Shown in pieces: positions 35,056 to 45,324 of a DNA stretch of 63,150 nt. Both the position numbers and the translations under genes were made by a program. Source of the DNA: Patescibacteria group bacterium (GTDB lineage Bacteria; Patescibacteriota; Minisyncoccia; UBA6257; UBA9933). Each line of letters begins with the position of its first letter. The stretch's first letter is position 1. Below the pieces are notes generated by a model, which made no database searches, was not told the DNA's origin, and saw only the letters and a program-made list of their open reading frames with translations. The stretch spans positions 1 to 63,150 of the forward strand of contig JBBTWF010000008.1 in NCBI GenBank assembly GCA_038062875.1, in the 5' to 3' direction.

Positions 35056-35484
35056 TTATATCGGCTTAATCACCACGCGCCGCTCTTTGCCTTCGCCAAC
35101 GCTCTCGGTGCTTATATCCGGACGACCAACCAACTCTATGTGGACTAACCGACGCTCATAAGCGTTCATCGCCGGCAAAGAAACTTCTTCTTTAATGGAA
35201 ACGGCTTTTCTGGCGGCGGCCCGCGCCAATTCTAAAATAATACCTTCGCGTTCGCGCCGATAATTATTCACGTCAACAAAAACAATCCCAAGATTATTTT
35301 TTTTGGCGATTAATTTAACCAAGTGGTCCAAGTCGTTCACGAAAAAAGGCAAAAATCTTTTAAACCCTTCTCCTTCGTTAAGAAAAATCAGAAAACGGCT
35401 GCTTTCCGAATCGTAATTAACGGAAAAATCGGCGAAGCCCATTAGTTCTATAAGTTTTTGGATTATATCTTGTAGTTGCTGCAT
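35056..35484 (-). CDS. jag: Jag-like KH/R3H RNA-binding protein
   Basis: R3H motif (YERRLVHIEL) and its position after yidC. Confidence 0.85.
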   Translation of the reverse strand: MQQLQDIIQKLIELMGFADFSVNYDSESSRFLIFLNEGEGFKRFLPFFVNDLDHLVKLIAKKNNLGIVFVDVNNYRREREGIILELARAAARKAVSIKEEVSLPAMNAYERRLVHIELVGRPDISTESVGEGKERRVVIKPI

Positions 35485-35494
35485 ATTTTTTTAT

Positions 35495-36259
35495 TTATAG
35501 TTTATAGTGTAATTTTTTGTCTATTTCAATTAAATTCTTGTCGCTTGTTTGAAGTTGTTTGTTAATCGCTATTTGTTGGATAACTGAAAAAACCGTTGTT
35601 GTCAGCCAATAAACCCCAACCGCCGAAGGGAGTTTGAATGTATATAAAAAAACAAATGTTAAGATCGGACCCATAAAAACCATCTGCCGGCTCATTTTCT
35701 CCATAGGAGACAACGATTTTTCGACTTCGCCTTTATTTTTATTTTTAACAAGCGATAGTTTGCCTTGAAAATATTGCGCGACGACCGCTAAAATTATAAT
35801 AAAAATATTGCGGACGCTCAAATCAACTATGCCTAAAAAATGAAAATTTAATAAATCCGGCCGAGGGATAAAAGAATACAAAACATCAAATGAGCCGCTG
35901 GAAAGTCCCTTTAAAAAAACTTGGTATAGAGCTATTAGAATAGGCAACTGAACGATGAGTAACAAAAACCCGGAAATTGGGTTAACCTTATGAAGACGGT
36001 AAAGCTCCATCATCTCTTTGGCTTGTTTTTCTTTGTCGTGTTTATGGTTTTGTTGAATTTCCTTTATTTTCGGCGCCAGACGCTGCATAATCGCCTGGTC
36101 TTTAGCTCCCTTATAAAACAAAGGGAATAGAATTAACCGAATTAAAACCGTTAAAATAATAATCGCGATGCCGAGATCGTGGAAAGAAAGATTTTGGTAT
36201 AAAAAAATCAAAGCGTTGAATAACGGCCGGTATAAAATTTCGTGGAATAAATTAGCCAT
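35495..36259 (-). CDS. yidC: Membrane protein insertase YidC (short form)
   Basis: 5-TM YidC/Oxa1 core within the rpmH-rnpA-yidC-jag arrangement. Confidence 0.9.
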   Translation of the reverse strand: MANLFHEILYRPLFNALIFLYQNLSFHDLGIAIIILTVLIRLILFPLFYKGAKDQAIMQRLAPKIKEIQQNHKHDKEKQAKEMMELYRLHKVNPISGFLLLIVQLPILIALYQVFLKGLSSGSFDVLYSFIPRPDLLNFHFLGIVDLSVRNIFIIILAVVAQYFQGKLSLVKNKNKGEVEKSLSPMEKMSRQMVFMGPILTFVFLYTFKLPSAVGVYWLTTTVFSVIQQIAINKQLQTSDKNLIEIDKKLHYKL

Positions 36260-36575
36260 AATATTTTTCTAATTCTTTTTCTAATTCTTTTTTTGTCAGT
36301 TTATTTACAAGCGGCGAAACGATAGTCAGTGTATCTTTTCCGATTTTTAGATGGTACTCTTTTAATCTGATAAAATCAAAAATTATTCTTTTTATTTTAT
36401 TCCGCTTAACGGCGCTTTTATTTACTTTATTGCTTATAATCACGCCGAACCGACTAAATAATAATTTATTTGGCTTGGATTTAATAATAAAATACTTACC
36501 CCGCGCAACCTCGAAAAGATTGGCGCGGGGTTTAGAAAGTCCTTGAATCGGTAAACGATATTTTTTAGACAGCAT
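36252..36575 (-). CDS. rnpA: Ribonuclease P protein component
   Basis: 107-aa basic protein (KKYRLP...) located between rpmH and yidC. Confidence 0.88.
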   Translation of the reverse strand: MLSKKYRLPIQGLSKPRANLFEVARGKYFIIKSKPNKLLFSRFGVIISNKVNKSAVKRNKIKRIIFDFIRLKEYHLKIGKDTLTIVSPLVNKLTKKELEKELEKYYG

Positions 36576-36582
36576 GACAAAT

Positions 36583-36723
36583 TTAAATCCCTACACTAAT
36601 CTTTTTTCTGCCTTTTCGTCGTCTTCTTTTTAAAACGCTTTTTCCTCCGGCAGACCTAGACCTTTTTAAAAATCCATGAGCTCTTCTCCTTTTCCTTTTT
36701 TTAGGTTGATAGGTTGTAGACAT
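36583..36723 (-). CDS. rpmH: 50S ribosomal protein L34 (46 aa; below the ORF-track cutoff)
   Basis: My own translation gives [46 protein letters not shown], which matches the L34 consensus TYQP.KRKR...HGF. Confidence 0.93.
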   Translation of the reverse strand: MSTTYQPKKRKRRRAHGFLKRSRSAGGKSVLKRRRRKGRKKISVGI

Positions 36724-36943
36724 ATAATTTTACTCCTTTTTATTTATAGCTGGGCGTTCGACTCTTTTATTAATTATAATGCGGAATAAATATTAATTCA
36801 AGGGTTTTAATGTAAAAAATTAAAAAGTTCTCCACAGGAAATCAACAGGTTTAAAACTTTTCCCAATTTGACTAGTTTTTTTATCTATATAGAATATAAA
36901 TAGTTTACGCTTTATTTTTTAGAAATTAAAATTTTTTATATTT
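36724..36943. other. Candidate replication origin region (rpmH | dnaA divergent intergenic)
   Basis: Classical rpmH-dnaA junction, where gene orientation switches from minus to plus. It is AT-rich. Only one near-consensus DnaA box is present (TTCTCCACA, 36828-36836). Confidence 0.45.
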
Positions 36944-38311
36944 ATGGACATTAATCAACTTTGGCAAACAACCCTATCGGAACTTGAACTCCAAATTTCG
37001 CGCCCCAATTTTTTAACTTGGCTAAAAAACAGCCGACCGGTTGAAAAAAACGAGGAAGGAAAAATATTAATCGGCTTGACTAATAATTTTGCCAAAGAAT
37101 GGGTTGAAAATAAATATCATAAAACCATTTTAAGTATTATTCGTTCGTTAGATGAGACAATTAAGGGAGTTGAATACACGGTTTTGACAGGAGCGATTAA
37201 CGAACAAGCGCAAAAAGTCCGCGGCGCTCAACGAGAAAAAACCGAGCAATCGCATCCGAGTTTCCCGGAATTAAAAATAGACCCCGAAACAAATCTCCAC
37301 CCTCGCTATAATCTAAATTCCTTCGTTGTCGGCTCTTCTAATGAACTGGCTTACGCTGCCGCTTCCGCGGTAATTAAAGATGTCGGTAAAAAATATAATC
37401 CGTTTTTTATTTACGGTGGCGTTGGTTTGGGGAAAACCCATCTTATACAGGGCATCGGCAATGAAATCAAAAAGGTTTATAAAAATAAAATAAAAGTAAA
37501 ATACGTGCCGTCAGAAAAATTCGTTAATGAAGTAATTTGGGCGATTCGCAATAAACGAATGGACGACGTTAAAAGTAGATACCGCAATATCGATGTCTTA
37601 ATTATCGACGACATTCAGTTTATCGGCGGCAAAGAAAGAAGTGAAGAAGAATTTTTCCACACATTTAACGCTTTATACGAAAACGGCAAACAAATAATAA
37701 TCTCGTCCGACAGACCGCCGGCAGCCATCCCGACGCTGGAAGAACGGCTACGTTCACGTTTTTTGGGCGGAATGATTGCCGACGTCTCCCAGCCCGATTA
37801 TGAAATGAGAGTAGCTATTATCAAGACTAAGCTCCAGGAAAAAAACAACGCCCTTTCAGACGACCTCTGTGGGCTAATCGCCAATAAAGTAAGAAAAAAC
37901 ATCCGTGAGATCGAGGGGATTTTAAATAAAATAATTTTTTACCGAGAGAATAAATGTGTTGACTTAACGCCCGCCATAATCGGGGATATAATTGATTCCG
38001 CAATACAACAATCAGTTAAAAATATCAGCCCAAGCCAAGTAATTAAGGTGGTGGCTGAATTTTTTGAAATTACGCCTAGTGATTTAACTATTCGTTCTAG
38101 AAAAAAAGAAATAGTCGAACCGCGCCAAATAACGATGTTTCTTTTGAGGGATATCCTGGGGTTATCTTACCCGCATATTGGGGAAAAGATGGGGAAAAGA
38201 GACCACAGCACCGCTATACACTCATATGAAAAAATATCAAATGAAATCAATAAAAATCGCGATTTAAGCCAAAAAATAATCTTAATAAAGGAATTAATTT
38301 ATAAACAATAA
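36944..38311 (+). CDS. dnaA: Chromosomal replication initiator DnaA
   Basis: AAA+ Walker A GGVGLGKTHL, LIIDDIQF, sensor motifs, and a C-terminal DNA-binding HTH (RDHSTAIHSYEKI). Confidence 0.96.
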   Translation: MDINQLWQTTLSELELQISRPNFLTWLKNSRPVEKNEEGKILIGLTNNFAKEWVENKYHKTILSIIRSLDETIKGVEYTVLTGAINEQAQKVRGAQREKTEQSHPSFPELKIDPETNLHPRYNLNSFVVGSSNELAYAAASAVIKDVGKKYNPFFIYGGVGLGKTHLIQGIGNEIKKVYKNKIKVKYVPSEKFVNEVIWAIRNKRMDDVKSRYRNIDVLIIDDIQFIGGKERSEEEFFHTFNALYENGKQIIISSDRPPAAIPTLEERLRSRFLGGMIADVSQPDYEMRVAIIKTKLQEKNNALSDDLCGLIANKVRKNIREIEGILNKIIFYRENKCVDLTPAIIGDIIDSAIQQSVKNISPSQVIKVVAEFFEITPSDLTIRSRKKEIVEPRQITMFLLRDILGLSYPHIGEKMGKRDHSTAIHSYEKISNEINKNRDLSQKIILIKELIYKQ

Positions 38312-38419
38312 ATTTTTAGTTTTCCACAAGATGTTAAAATTAAGTTATAATTATTGTATTGTTAATATTATAAATAATTAACTTATTAACTTATTAACAG
38401 CCACTACTAATACTACTAT

Positions 38420-39535
38420 ATGAAATTAATAATACTTAGAAGTAATATAAAAGAAGGGATGGGGGTAATTGATAAAATTATCGGAGAAAATCTTAATTTA
38501 CCGGTTTTAAAAAATTTTCTTATTGAAACCGTGGAAAATAAAATAAAACTATCATCAACAAACCTTGAATTGGCGATTACTAATTTTGTTTCGGGAAAAA
38601 TAATAGAAGAAGGAAGCTTAACGGTCCCGATTAATATTTTTACATCAATAATTAATAATCTTCAAACCGAAAGGATTAATTTAGAAGTTAAAGACAATAA
38701 TTTAATAATCAAAACAGACAATTATCAAGCGAAAATACAAGGAATTAAAAAAGAAGAATTTCCGATAATCCCAAAAATCGGCAACAACCAGCGCTTCTTA
38801 GAAATCCCAACCTCAATATTAAAGCAATCGTTATTTTCGGTGATTAGCGCAGCTCAATTTTCAAATATCCGGCCTGAACTTAACGGCGTTCTTTTTGATT
38901 TTCAAATAAATTCCATTAAGTTGGCGGCTACTGATAGTTTTAGGTTGGCGGAAAAAACAATTACCAACGACCAATTTAAAACAGATATTAATAAACAATT
39001 TAAAACAATTATTCCATTAAAAACCATTCAAGAAACAATCAGGACAATTAAAGACAACGACGGCAAAACCGAGATTTATTTTGATTCCAACCAGGTTCTT
39101 TTTAAAAATAACGATTTAGAAATTATTTCACGGTTGATTGACGGAGAATTTCCGGATTATCAGGCGATTATTCCCGAATCAATCGAGACCGAGGCAATTA
39201 TTAATAGGGAACAATTAATTAACGCAGTAAAACTTGCCAGCGCTTTTATCGACCGGCTTAATGAAATAAAAATAACCATCAAGGAAAAAACGAAAAATAT
39301 TGAAGTTTATTCGGCTGGTCAGAGTTTAGGAGAAAATCAATATTTAATTCCGGCTAAAATCAAAGGGCCGTCTTTGGAAATTATTTTCAATTGGAGGTTT
39401 CTTTTGGACGGACTTAAAAATTTGGACTCCGAAGACGTGATTTTAGGATTAAACGGCAATAACAAGCCGGTGGTGATTAAGTCGCCGAACAACATCTCTT
39501 ATTTTTATATTTTGATGCCGATAAAAACAAATTAA
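38420..39535 (+). CDS. dnaN: DNA polymerase III beta sliding clamp
   Basis: 371 aa with a three-domain repeat pattern, immediately downstream of dnaA. Confidence 0.9.
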   Translation: MKLIILRSNIKEGMGVIDKIIGENLNLPVLKNFLIETVENKIKLSSTNLELAITNFVSGKIIEEGSLTVPINIFTSIINNLQTERINLEVKDNNLIIKTDNYQAKIQGIKKEEFPIIPKIGNNQRFLEIPTSILKQSLFSVISAAQFSNIRPELNGVLFDFQINSIKLAATDSFRLAEKTITNDQFKTDINKQFKTIIPLKTIQETIRTIKDNDGKTEIYFDSNQVLFKNNDLEIISRLIDGEFPDYQAIIPESIETEAIINREQLINAVKLASAFIDRLNEIKITIKEKTKNIEVYSAGQSLGENQYLIPAKIKGPSLEIIFNWRFLLDGLKNLDSEDVILGLNGNNKPVVIKSPNNISYFYILMPIKTN

Positions 39536-41716
39536 TTAATAATTAATTGTTGACGCTGGAATTTCTATTAGCATTTCGATATGAGCGTCTGTTGGCACGG
39601 GTTGATTATATTGTTTGAAGTCGGGGATATTATTTTTAATCCACATTAGAATTGGTTTCTCCCAATTTTGGAATTGTGGGTCTTGTTCCGGGCTTGACGG
39701 CTCGGGTCCGAGTGGGTCGTTTTTATCCACATAATAAAGAATATTATGGATTTGTGGGAAATTTTTATCGCTTAATTTATAATTTACAACATATTCTCCT
39801 TTTAAAACGGGCTTAGTTTGGAATATTGGCTCGGGCTTATTAAATGATTCAAACGGCTGGCTGACAAGGGCTTCGTTTAAGAAATTATGCCAGATTGGAA
39901 CAGCAGCCAAAATACTGCCGCCTTGTTTTTGCATCGGCTGATTATTATTATTGCCCGTCCAAACACCTACAACTAAAGACGGCGTATAGCCGATTGCCCA
40001 GGCGTCTTTATAATTATTAGTGGTTCCGGTTTTGAGGGCTACTTCCCTGTCGCTAAAAACAGTGAGGTCGAAACTATTTTGGAAAAGAGCTTTTCTGGCT
40101 TCTTGGTCAGAAAGAATATTATTAATAAGTTTTGCTGGTTGCGGTTCAATTACCGCGGTCGCCTGGTCAGAATATTTTTCCAAAGTTTTTCCTTGGGAGT
40201 CCTCTATGTTTAAAATTAAAGATTGCTGATGTTTTATCCCCTCTTGGCTAAAGACCGAATAAGCGCCGATCATCTCAATAAGTTTCACTTCCCCGCCTCC
40301 CAAAACAAGAGAAAGGCCGTAGCGGCTGCGTTCTTTTAGGGTGGTAATCCCGAAGTCCTGAGCGGTTTTTAAGGTGTCGTCAATATTCGCGAGGTATAAA
40401 ACTTTAACCGCCGGGATGTTAATTGATTGAGCAAGGGCTTGGCGAAAATTTATGGGTCCGCGGAATTTTTGGTCAAAATTTTCCGGCTGATAGCTTTTAA
40501 GCGGATTACCGCTTGTGTCAAATTCGGTTGGTAAGTCAAAAATAACTGTTTCCGGGGAATATCCTTTTTTAAAAGCTGTTACATAAGCAAACGGCTTAAA
40601 GGCCGAACCTGGTTGTCTTAATCCTTGGCTGGCGACATTAAAATTACCATCGTTTTTAATATCAAAATAATCGCGCGAACCGACTAATGCGAGGATTTGT
40701 CCGGTTTTGGCGTCTTGAGCAACCAAAGACGCGTTTTTTCCTTTGTATAATTCTTCGTTTCGTTCAGCCCCTTCTTTTATTATTCGTTCGGCGATTTCCT
40801 GAAGCGGCCAGTCAAGGGTGGTGGTTATTTTCATTCCGCCCTTTTCCACCTCTTCTTCCCCGTATTTATTATTTAAATATTCTCGCACCATCATCACGAA
40901 ATGAGGCGCTTTTATTGAGCCGATATTCGGCGAAGTGAATTTTAATTCTTTGTTTTGACTGCGCGTTTTTTCCTCTTCGTCAATAAATTTTAATCCGAAC
41001 ATTTGGTTTAAGACGTAGTTTTTTCGGCTTTCCAATTCATCAACATGAGTTCCCCAAGGCGAGTAGTAAGACGGCGCTTTAGGAAGGGTGGCTAAAACAG
41101 CCGCTTCGGCAAGTCCAAGATCTTTGGCGGGCTTATTAAAATATGTTTGGCTGGCGGCTTCAACCCCGTAAGCGTTTGCGCCGTAAGGGATTTGGTTGAG
41201 ATACATATTTAGAATTTCATCTTTGGAATAGCGGCGTTCTAGCCAGTAAGATAAAATCATCTCTTTGATTTTTCTTGAAAAAGTTTTTTCGGAAGTTAAA
41301 AAGGCATTCTTAGCTAATTGTTGGGTGATGGTTGAGCCGCCTTGGACTACTCGTCCTCTTAAAAGATTAACGGAAAAGGCCCGAATCATCGATCTCCAGT
41401 CAAGCGCAGGATGATTATAAAAATTTTGGTCTTCAATAGCGATAGTCGCTTGCTTAACGTATTCGGGGATTTCCATAAAAGGGATAATAGCCCTTTTTTC
41501 TTCTCCGTGAATTTCATAAAGTAATATTTCGCCGGTTTTGTCGTAAATTTTAGTTGATTGGGCTATTTGGCGATTCGCGAATTGTTCTGGGTTTGGGAGC
41601 TCTTTGGCCATTTTAGACAGAATGGTTAGCCCCGTTAAAACTAAGCCAAAGGCGACCAAAAAAAATAAGCCAGCGATTTTTAGCAGAGTTTTTTTCTTTT
41701 TTGTCATTATGGGCAT
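39536..41716 (-). CDS. Bifunctional class A penicillin-binding protein (glycosyltransferase/transpeptidase)
   Basis: GT51 motifs EDQNFYNH and GGSTITQQLAKN. Transpeptidase motifs SAFKPF and KTGTTN. N-terminal TM helix. Confidence 0.93.
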   Translation of the reverse strand: MPIMTKKKKTLLKIAGLFFLVAFGLVLTGLTILSKMAKELPNPEQFANRQIAQSTKIYDKTGEILLYEIHGEEKRAIIPFMEIPEYVKQATIAIEDQNFYNHPALDWRSMIRAFSVNLLRGRVVQGGSTITQQLAKNAFLTSEKTFSRKIKEMILSYWLERRYSKDEILNMYLNQIPYGANAYGVEAASQTYFNKPAKDLGLAEAAVLATLPKAPSYYSPWGTHVDELESRKNYVLNQMFGLKFIDEEEKTRSQNKELKFTSPNIGSIKAPHFVMMVREYLNNKYGEEEVEKGGMKITTTLDWPLQEIAERIIKEGAERNEELYKGKNASLVAQDAKTGQILALVGSRDYFDIKNDGNFNVASQGLRQPGSAFKPFAYVTAFKKGYSPETVIFDLPTEFDTSGNPLKSYQPENFDQKFRGPINFRQALAQSINIPAVKVLYLANIDDTLKTAQDFGITTLKERSRYGLSLVLGGGEVKLIEMIGAYSVFSQEGIKHQQSLILNIEDSQGKTLEKYSDQATAVIEPQPAKLINNILSDQEARKALFQNSFDLTVFSDREVALKTGTTNNYKDAWAIGYTPSLVVGVWTGNNNNQPMQKQGGSILAAVPIWHNFLNEALVSQPFESFNKPEPIFQTKPVLKGEYVVNYKLSDKNFPQIHNILYYVDKNDPLGPEPSSPEQDPQFQNWEKPILMWIKNNIPDFKQYNQPVPTDAHIEMLIEIPASTINY

Positions 41717-41722
41717 ATTATA

Positions 41723-42202
41723 TCAAAAAATTTGGAATTTATAAGAGCTGGCGGCCGTTAAGGCGATTGCCAAGGCGTCGCTTACGTCATCCGGCCCATT
41801 TATTTTTTCAATTTTTAAAATTTTAGCAGTCATTTTAGCCACGGCTTTTTTATCAGCCGCGCCGTAGCCCGTGACATTTAATTTAACTTCTGAAGGCGTG
41901 TATTCTAATAAAGATATTTTATGTTGAGCGACAAGCAGGGCCAGAATCCCTCGCGATTGCGCCACATCCAGACCTGTTTTAAGATTTTTAACGAAGTAAA
42001 GTTTTTCTAGGGCGACAATATTAGGCCTGGTTTTTATGAGTAGCTTTCTAAAAGATTTTTCCAATTCTAAAAGACGCTGGCTTTTGTCTTTTGAAGTTAT
42101 TTTTAAAAGGCCGCTTTCAACGTAGCAAAATTGGCTGCCATCTTTTTTTATTAAACCATAGCCGACCCTGGTACTGCCTGGGTCAACGCCAAGAATTTTC
42201 AT
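41723..42202 (-). CDS. ruvC: Holliday junction resolvase RuvC
   Basis: MKILGVDPGSTRVGYG N-terminus and RNase H-like catalytic acidic residues. Confidence 0.92.
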   Translation of the reverse strand: MKILGVDPGSTRVGYGLIKKDGSQFCYVESGLLKITSKDKSQRLLELEKSFRKLLIKTRPNIVALEKLYFVKNLKTGLDVAQSRGILALLVAQHKISLLEYTPSEVKLNVTGYGAADKKAVAKMTAKILKIEKINGPDDVSDALAIALTAASSYKFQIF

Positions 42203-42723
42203 ATATTTGTGTGTACTTTTTGTATATCGTCGTGATTTTCTAATTCGGCGATTATATTTTTAAGTTTTTCTTTTGTTTCGTTTGATGCGCTTTGTTTGAA
42301 TTTCGCCTGCCAATCCCCGTTTTTATTTTCAAAGGCCCATTGGACAGAGCCGGGGTCGGCCCATTTGGCGTTTTGCTCGTTTAAAATTTTTTTAATTTCC
42401 GCGACGGTTCTGTTTCTATTATCCGTGGCCGCTTCAATTAAAATCGCAACACCTTCCGGTCCATAGGCCTCAATAATTAATTCTTCCAAATTTTTTCCGA
42501 TTTCCGAGGCGCGTTTGATCGCGCGTTCAATATTGTCTTGCGGTACGTTGTTCTCGCGGGCTTTTTCAATGGTCGTTCGGAGACGAGGATTAAATTGTGG
42601 GCTTGGTTCTTGTTTGGCGGCGATAGTAACGGCTTTTAAGAGTTTAGAAAACAGTTGGCCGCGTTTTTGGTCAGTCGTTCCTTTTTTGTGTTTTATGCCC
42701 GCCCAATGGGAATGTCCCGACAT
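42199..42723 (-). CDS. yebC: YebC/PmpR family transcriptional regulator (short)
   Basis: SGHSHWAGIKHKKG N-terminus. I placed the start at the ATG at 42723 rather than at the ORF-track start of 42759. Confidence 0.88.
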   Translation of the reverse strand: MSGHSHWAGIKHKKGTTDQKRGQLFSKLLKAVTIAAKQEPSPQFNPRLRTTIEKARENNVPQDNIERAIKRASEIGKNLEELIIEAYGPEGVAILIEAATDNRNRTVAEIKKILNEQNAKWADPGSVQWAFENKNGDWQAKFKQSASNETKEKLKNIIAELENHDDIQKVHTNI

Positions 42724-42760
42724 AGTTGTTATTTTATAAATTTTTAAGCGGAAGCGCAAG

Positions 42761-42796
42761 AAAAAAAGCTCTTGCGAACAAGAGCTTTTATTTTTT
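42761..42796. terminator. Bidirectional rho-independent terminator
   Basis: AAAGCTCTTG-CGAA-CAAGAGCTTT flanked by an A7 run and a T-rich run. It lies downstream of the minus-strand lipoprotein operon. Confidence 0.75.
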
Positions 42797-42811
42797 GTAT
42801 GGCGCGATAGA

Positions 42812-42952
42812 TTAAACTAATCGCGTCGCCAGCAAAGCAATCATTACTATTATTACGCATGCTATTACGCCGAGTATAACACCTTGTAATATCCCCTCTA
42901 CTGGCCGTAAAGGGTCGGACGCTTTTAATTTTGAATGGAAAAAATTTTTCAT
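42812..42952 (-). CDS. Small single-TM protein (46 aa; below the ORF-track cutoff)
   Basis: AGGAGG SD 6 nt before the ATG. My translation gives MKNFFHSKLKASDPLRPVEGILQGVILGVIACVIIVMIALLATRLV. It lies directly downstream of the lipoprotein gene. Confidence 0.6.
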   Translation of the reverse strand: MKNFFHSKLKASDPLRPVEGILQGVILGVIACVIIVMIALLATRLV

Positions 42953-42977
42953 ACCATTCCTCCTCTTTTAGTGGTTT

Positions 42978-43358
42978 TTAGTCGCACATATTTGCATATC
43001 TACAAGCAGGGCTGTTGGGTCCGTAATCCTCATAAGGACCGCGTCTGTTGCGGTTATTGCCGTTCCATGGTCCGCCCCAGGTCTTTACTTTTACTGAAAG
43101 AATCGGCCAATAATTTTTCTCGGCGTAGCTATTATAACCATAAGAGCGCTCGCCGGTACGCCCATACCAATAAGCGGAATTTTCGCGCGCTTGTTGAAGC
43201 TCCTGCATCCCAACTGCTTTCCCTTTTTCGCAAGCGATCTTTTCGTCTGCTGTGGGAAATTGGTTGCAATCCACCTGTTTATAGGCCATAGTGGTGGCGC
43301 AACCAACCAAAAAACTAAAAACCAAAACTAAAAAACTAAAACCTAACGCTTTTTTCAT
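42978..43358 (-). CDS. Lipoprotein (126 aa), unknown function
   Basis: Signal peptide with lipobox FLVGC, and Cys pairs in the mature part. I preferred it over two overlapping ORFs. Confidence 0.7.
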   Translation of the reverse strand: MKKALGFSFLVLVFSFLVGCATTMAYKQVDCNQFPTADEKIACEKGKAVGMQELQQARENSAYWYGRTGERSYGYNSYAEKNYWPILSVKVKTWGGPWNGNNRNRRGPYEDYGPNSPACRYANMCD

Positions 43359-43466
43359 TTCACACCTCCTTAGTAGTTTAAATTTTTATAATTAAATCAA
43401 TCTATACTCATTTTTTAATGTTCAGTATTCTTACTGGCGATTATACACCTTTTTATTAATTTGTCA

Positions 43467-43596
43467 ACCCCGTACCTTTCGCTATGAAAATTGTGGTATT
43501 TTATGATTAATAGAGGCGAAGCCCTGCCTGCCGGCAGGCGCCTTACGGCTCTGGCTGGGTAATGCCTCTTTGCCTTTACTACGAAAGGTGCGGGGT
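43467..43596. repeat. 130-nt inverted-repeat element or structured RNA upstream of pilB
   Basis: 15-bp outer stem ACCCCGTACCTTTCG / CGAAAGGTGCGGGGT (one G-U pair). Inner AGAGGC/GCCTCT stem. Central palindrome GCCTGCCGGCAGGC (43526-43539). Confidence 0.8.
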
Positions 43597-43646
43597 CAAT
43601 ATATTTATTTTAACAATGTTTTTATTAAAAGAGTGGTGTATAATTA

Positions 43647-45320
43647 ATGACAATTATGATAAAAGGCATTAAAGAAAAATTAACTCAAATGCGGCGTCAA
43701 GCTGAAGAAAGAGCTGCTCAGCGTCGGGCTCAGGAGAGCGGATATCAATACGCCGACTTGGCCGCCGCCCCTGTTAATGTTGAAGCATTAGGATTAGTTT
43801 CCGAAGAGACGGCCAAAGAATTAAAAGTTGCTATTACTGAAATTAAAACCAAAAAAATAGCGCTGGCGGTTTTTGACCCGAAAACCCATGAGATAAAAGA
43901 TTTGGTTAAAAGCTTAGAATTGAAGGGGTATCAAGTTTCTATTTTTATTGTTTCTTTAAGCGGGTTAAAATACGCGTGGGATTTTTACAAATTCGTTTTT
44001 AAAAAACCGACTCAAATCACCGGCCGGGTGGAAATAGAAGAAAAAAAATTAATTGAATTAAAAAAAGTTCTCATTACGCTGGAAAACATAAAAACGGCGC
44101 TTCAAAAGACGGTTAAAGAAAACGCGATGGCGGCCGAGATTTTTGAAATTGTTTTGGCCGGCGCTTTGGCTAATCGGGCGTCTGATATCCATTTTGAACC
44201 GGAAGAAAATCAGGTGAAATTGCGTTTAAGAATAGACGGCCTGCTCCACGATGTTTTTACGGAATTCAAAAAAAACGATTATTTATATTTGGTCTCGCGA
44301 ATTAAACTGCTTTCCCGTTTAAAATTAAACATTCATAATGAGCCCCAGGACGGCCGTTTCACTATTTCTCTGCCGAACAAAGATATTGAAATCAGGACGT
44401 CTATTCTTCCTTCGGAATTCGGCGAGACAATTGTTTTGAGAATTCTTGACCCGGAATCAATCCAGGTTGAACTTGAAGAGATGGGGATTAGGGAGGACGA
44501 TTTAGAAATTATTAAGAAGGAATTAAACAGGCCAAATGGCATGATTTTAAATACTGGTCCGACCGGCTCAGGCAAAACAACAACCCTCTACGCTTTTCTA
44601 AGACATACTCAAAACCCGGAAATTAAAACCATCACTATCGAAGACCCGATTGAGTATCATCTCGAAGGGATTGAACAGACGCAAATTGATTCGTCTGCTG
44701 GTTATACGTTTGCCGGCGGTTTGCGTTCCATTTTACGCCAGGACCCGGATATGATTTTGGTCGGCGAAATCCGCGACTTAGAAACCGCTGAAATCGCTAT
44801 GCACGCGTCTTTAACTGGTCATTTGGTTTTTTCCACCCTTCACACCAATCAGGCGTCAGGAGCCATTCCTCGTCTAATTGATATGGGCGTAAAACCGTCG
44901 ATTATAGCGCCGGCTCTTAATTTAATTATCGCTCAGCGTTTAGTCAGGCGGCTTTGTCAAGATTGCAAAACCCCTCAAAAAATTGACAAGGAATTAGAAA
45001 AAAATATTAAGAGTTTTATGGGGAAATTACCGCCTCGCGTTGACAAGAATAAATATCAAGAAATTAAAATTTTTCAAGTCAAGGGTTGTGAAAAATGCAG
45101 CGGGTTTGGGTATAAAGGAAGAATAGGGATTTTTGAATTTCTTTTAGTTGACGCGGAATTGGAAAAAGCGATTGTCCAAGAAGTGGTTGACGCTGAAATT
45201 GAGAAAATCGCGGTAGCCAACGAAATGGTTACGATGCAACAGGACGGAATTTTAAAAGTTATTTCAGGGTTAACAACTTTCGACGAAATAGGGAGAATTT
45301 CCGGTGAAATTGAGTGGTAA
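43647..45320 (+). CDS. pilB: Type IV pilus assembly / type II secretion ATPase (PilB/GspE family)
   Basis: Walker A GPTGSGKTTT, Asp boxes, Walker B, His box, and a C-terminal tetracysteine (CQDC...CEKC). Confidence 0.93.
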   Translation: MTIMIKGIKEKLTQMRRQAEERAAQRRAQESGYQYADLAAAPVNVEALGLVSEETAKELKVAITEIKTKKIALAVFDPKTHEIKDLVKSLELKGYQVSIFIVSLSGLKYAWDFYKFVFKKPTQITGRVEIEEKKLIELKKVLITLENIKTALQKTVKENAMAAEIFEIVLAGALANRASDIHFEPEENQVKLRLRIDGLLHDVFTEFKKNDYLYLVSRIKLLSRLKLNIHNEPQDGRFTISLPNKDIEIRTSILPSEFGETIVLRILDPESIQVELEEMGIREDDLEIIKKELNRPNGMILNTGPTGSGKTTTLYAFLRHTQNPEIKTITIEDPIEYHLEGIEQTQIDSSAGYTFAGGLRSILRQDPDMILVGEIRDLETAEIAMHASLTGHLVFSTLHTNQASGAIPRLIDMGVKPSIIAPALNLIIAQRLVRRLCQDCKTPQKIDKELEKNIKSFMGKLPPRVDKNKYQEIKIFQVKGCEKCSGFGYKGRIGIFEFLLVDAELEKAIVQEVVDAEIEKIAVANEMVTMQQDGILKVISGLTTFDEIGRISGEIEW

Positions 45321-45324
45321 AAAA

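Noticed and set aside
42935-43306. ORFs 42935-43291 (+) and 43091-43306 (-) overlapping the lipoprotein gene
   Set aside because: The 42978-43358 (-) frame has a signal peptide with a lipobox Cys and sits in an operon with an SD-led downstream gene. The alternatives have neither feature.
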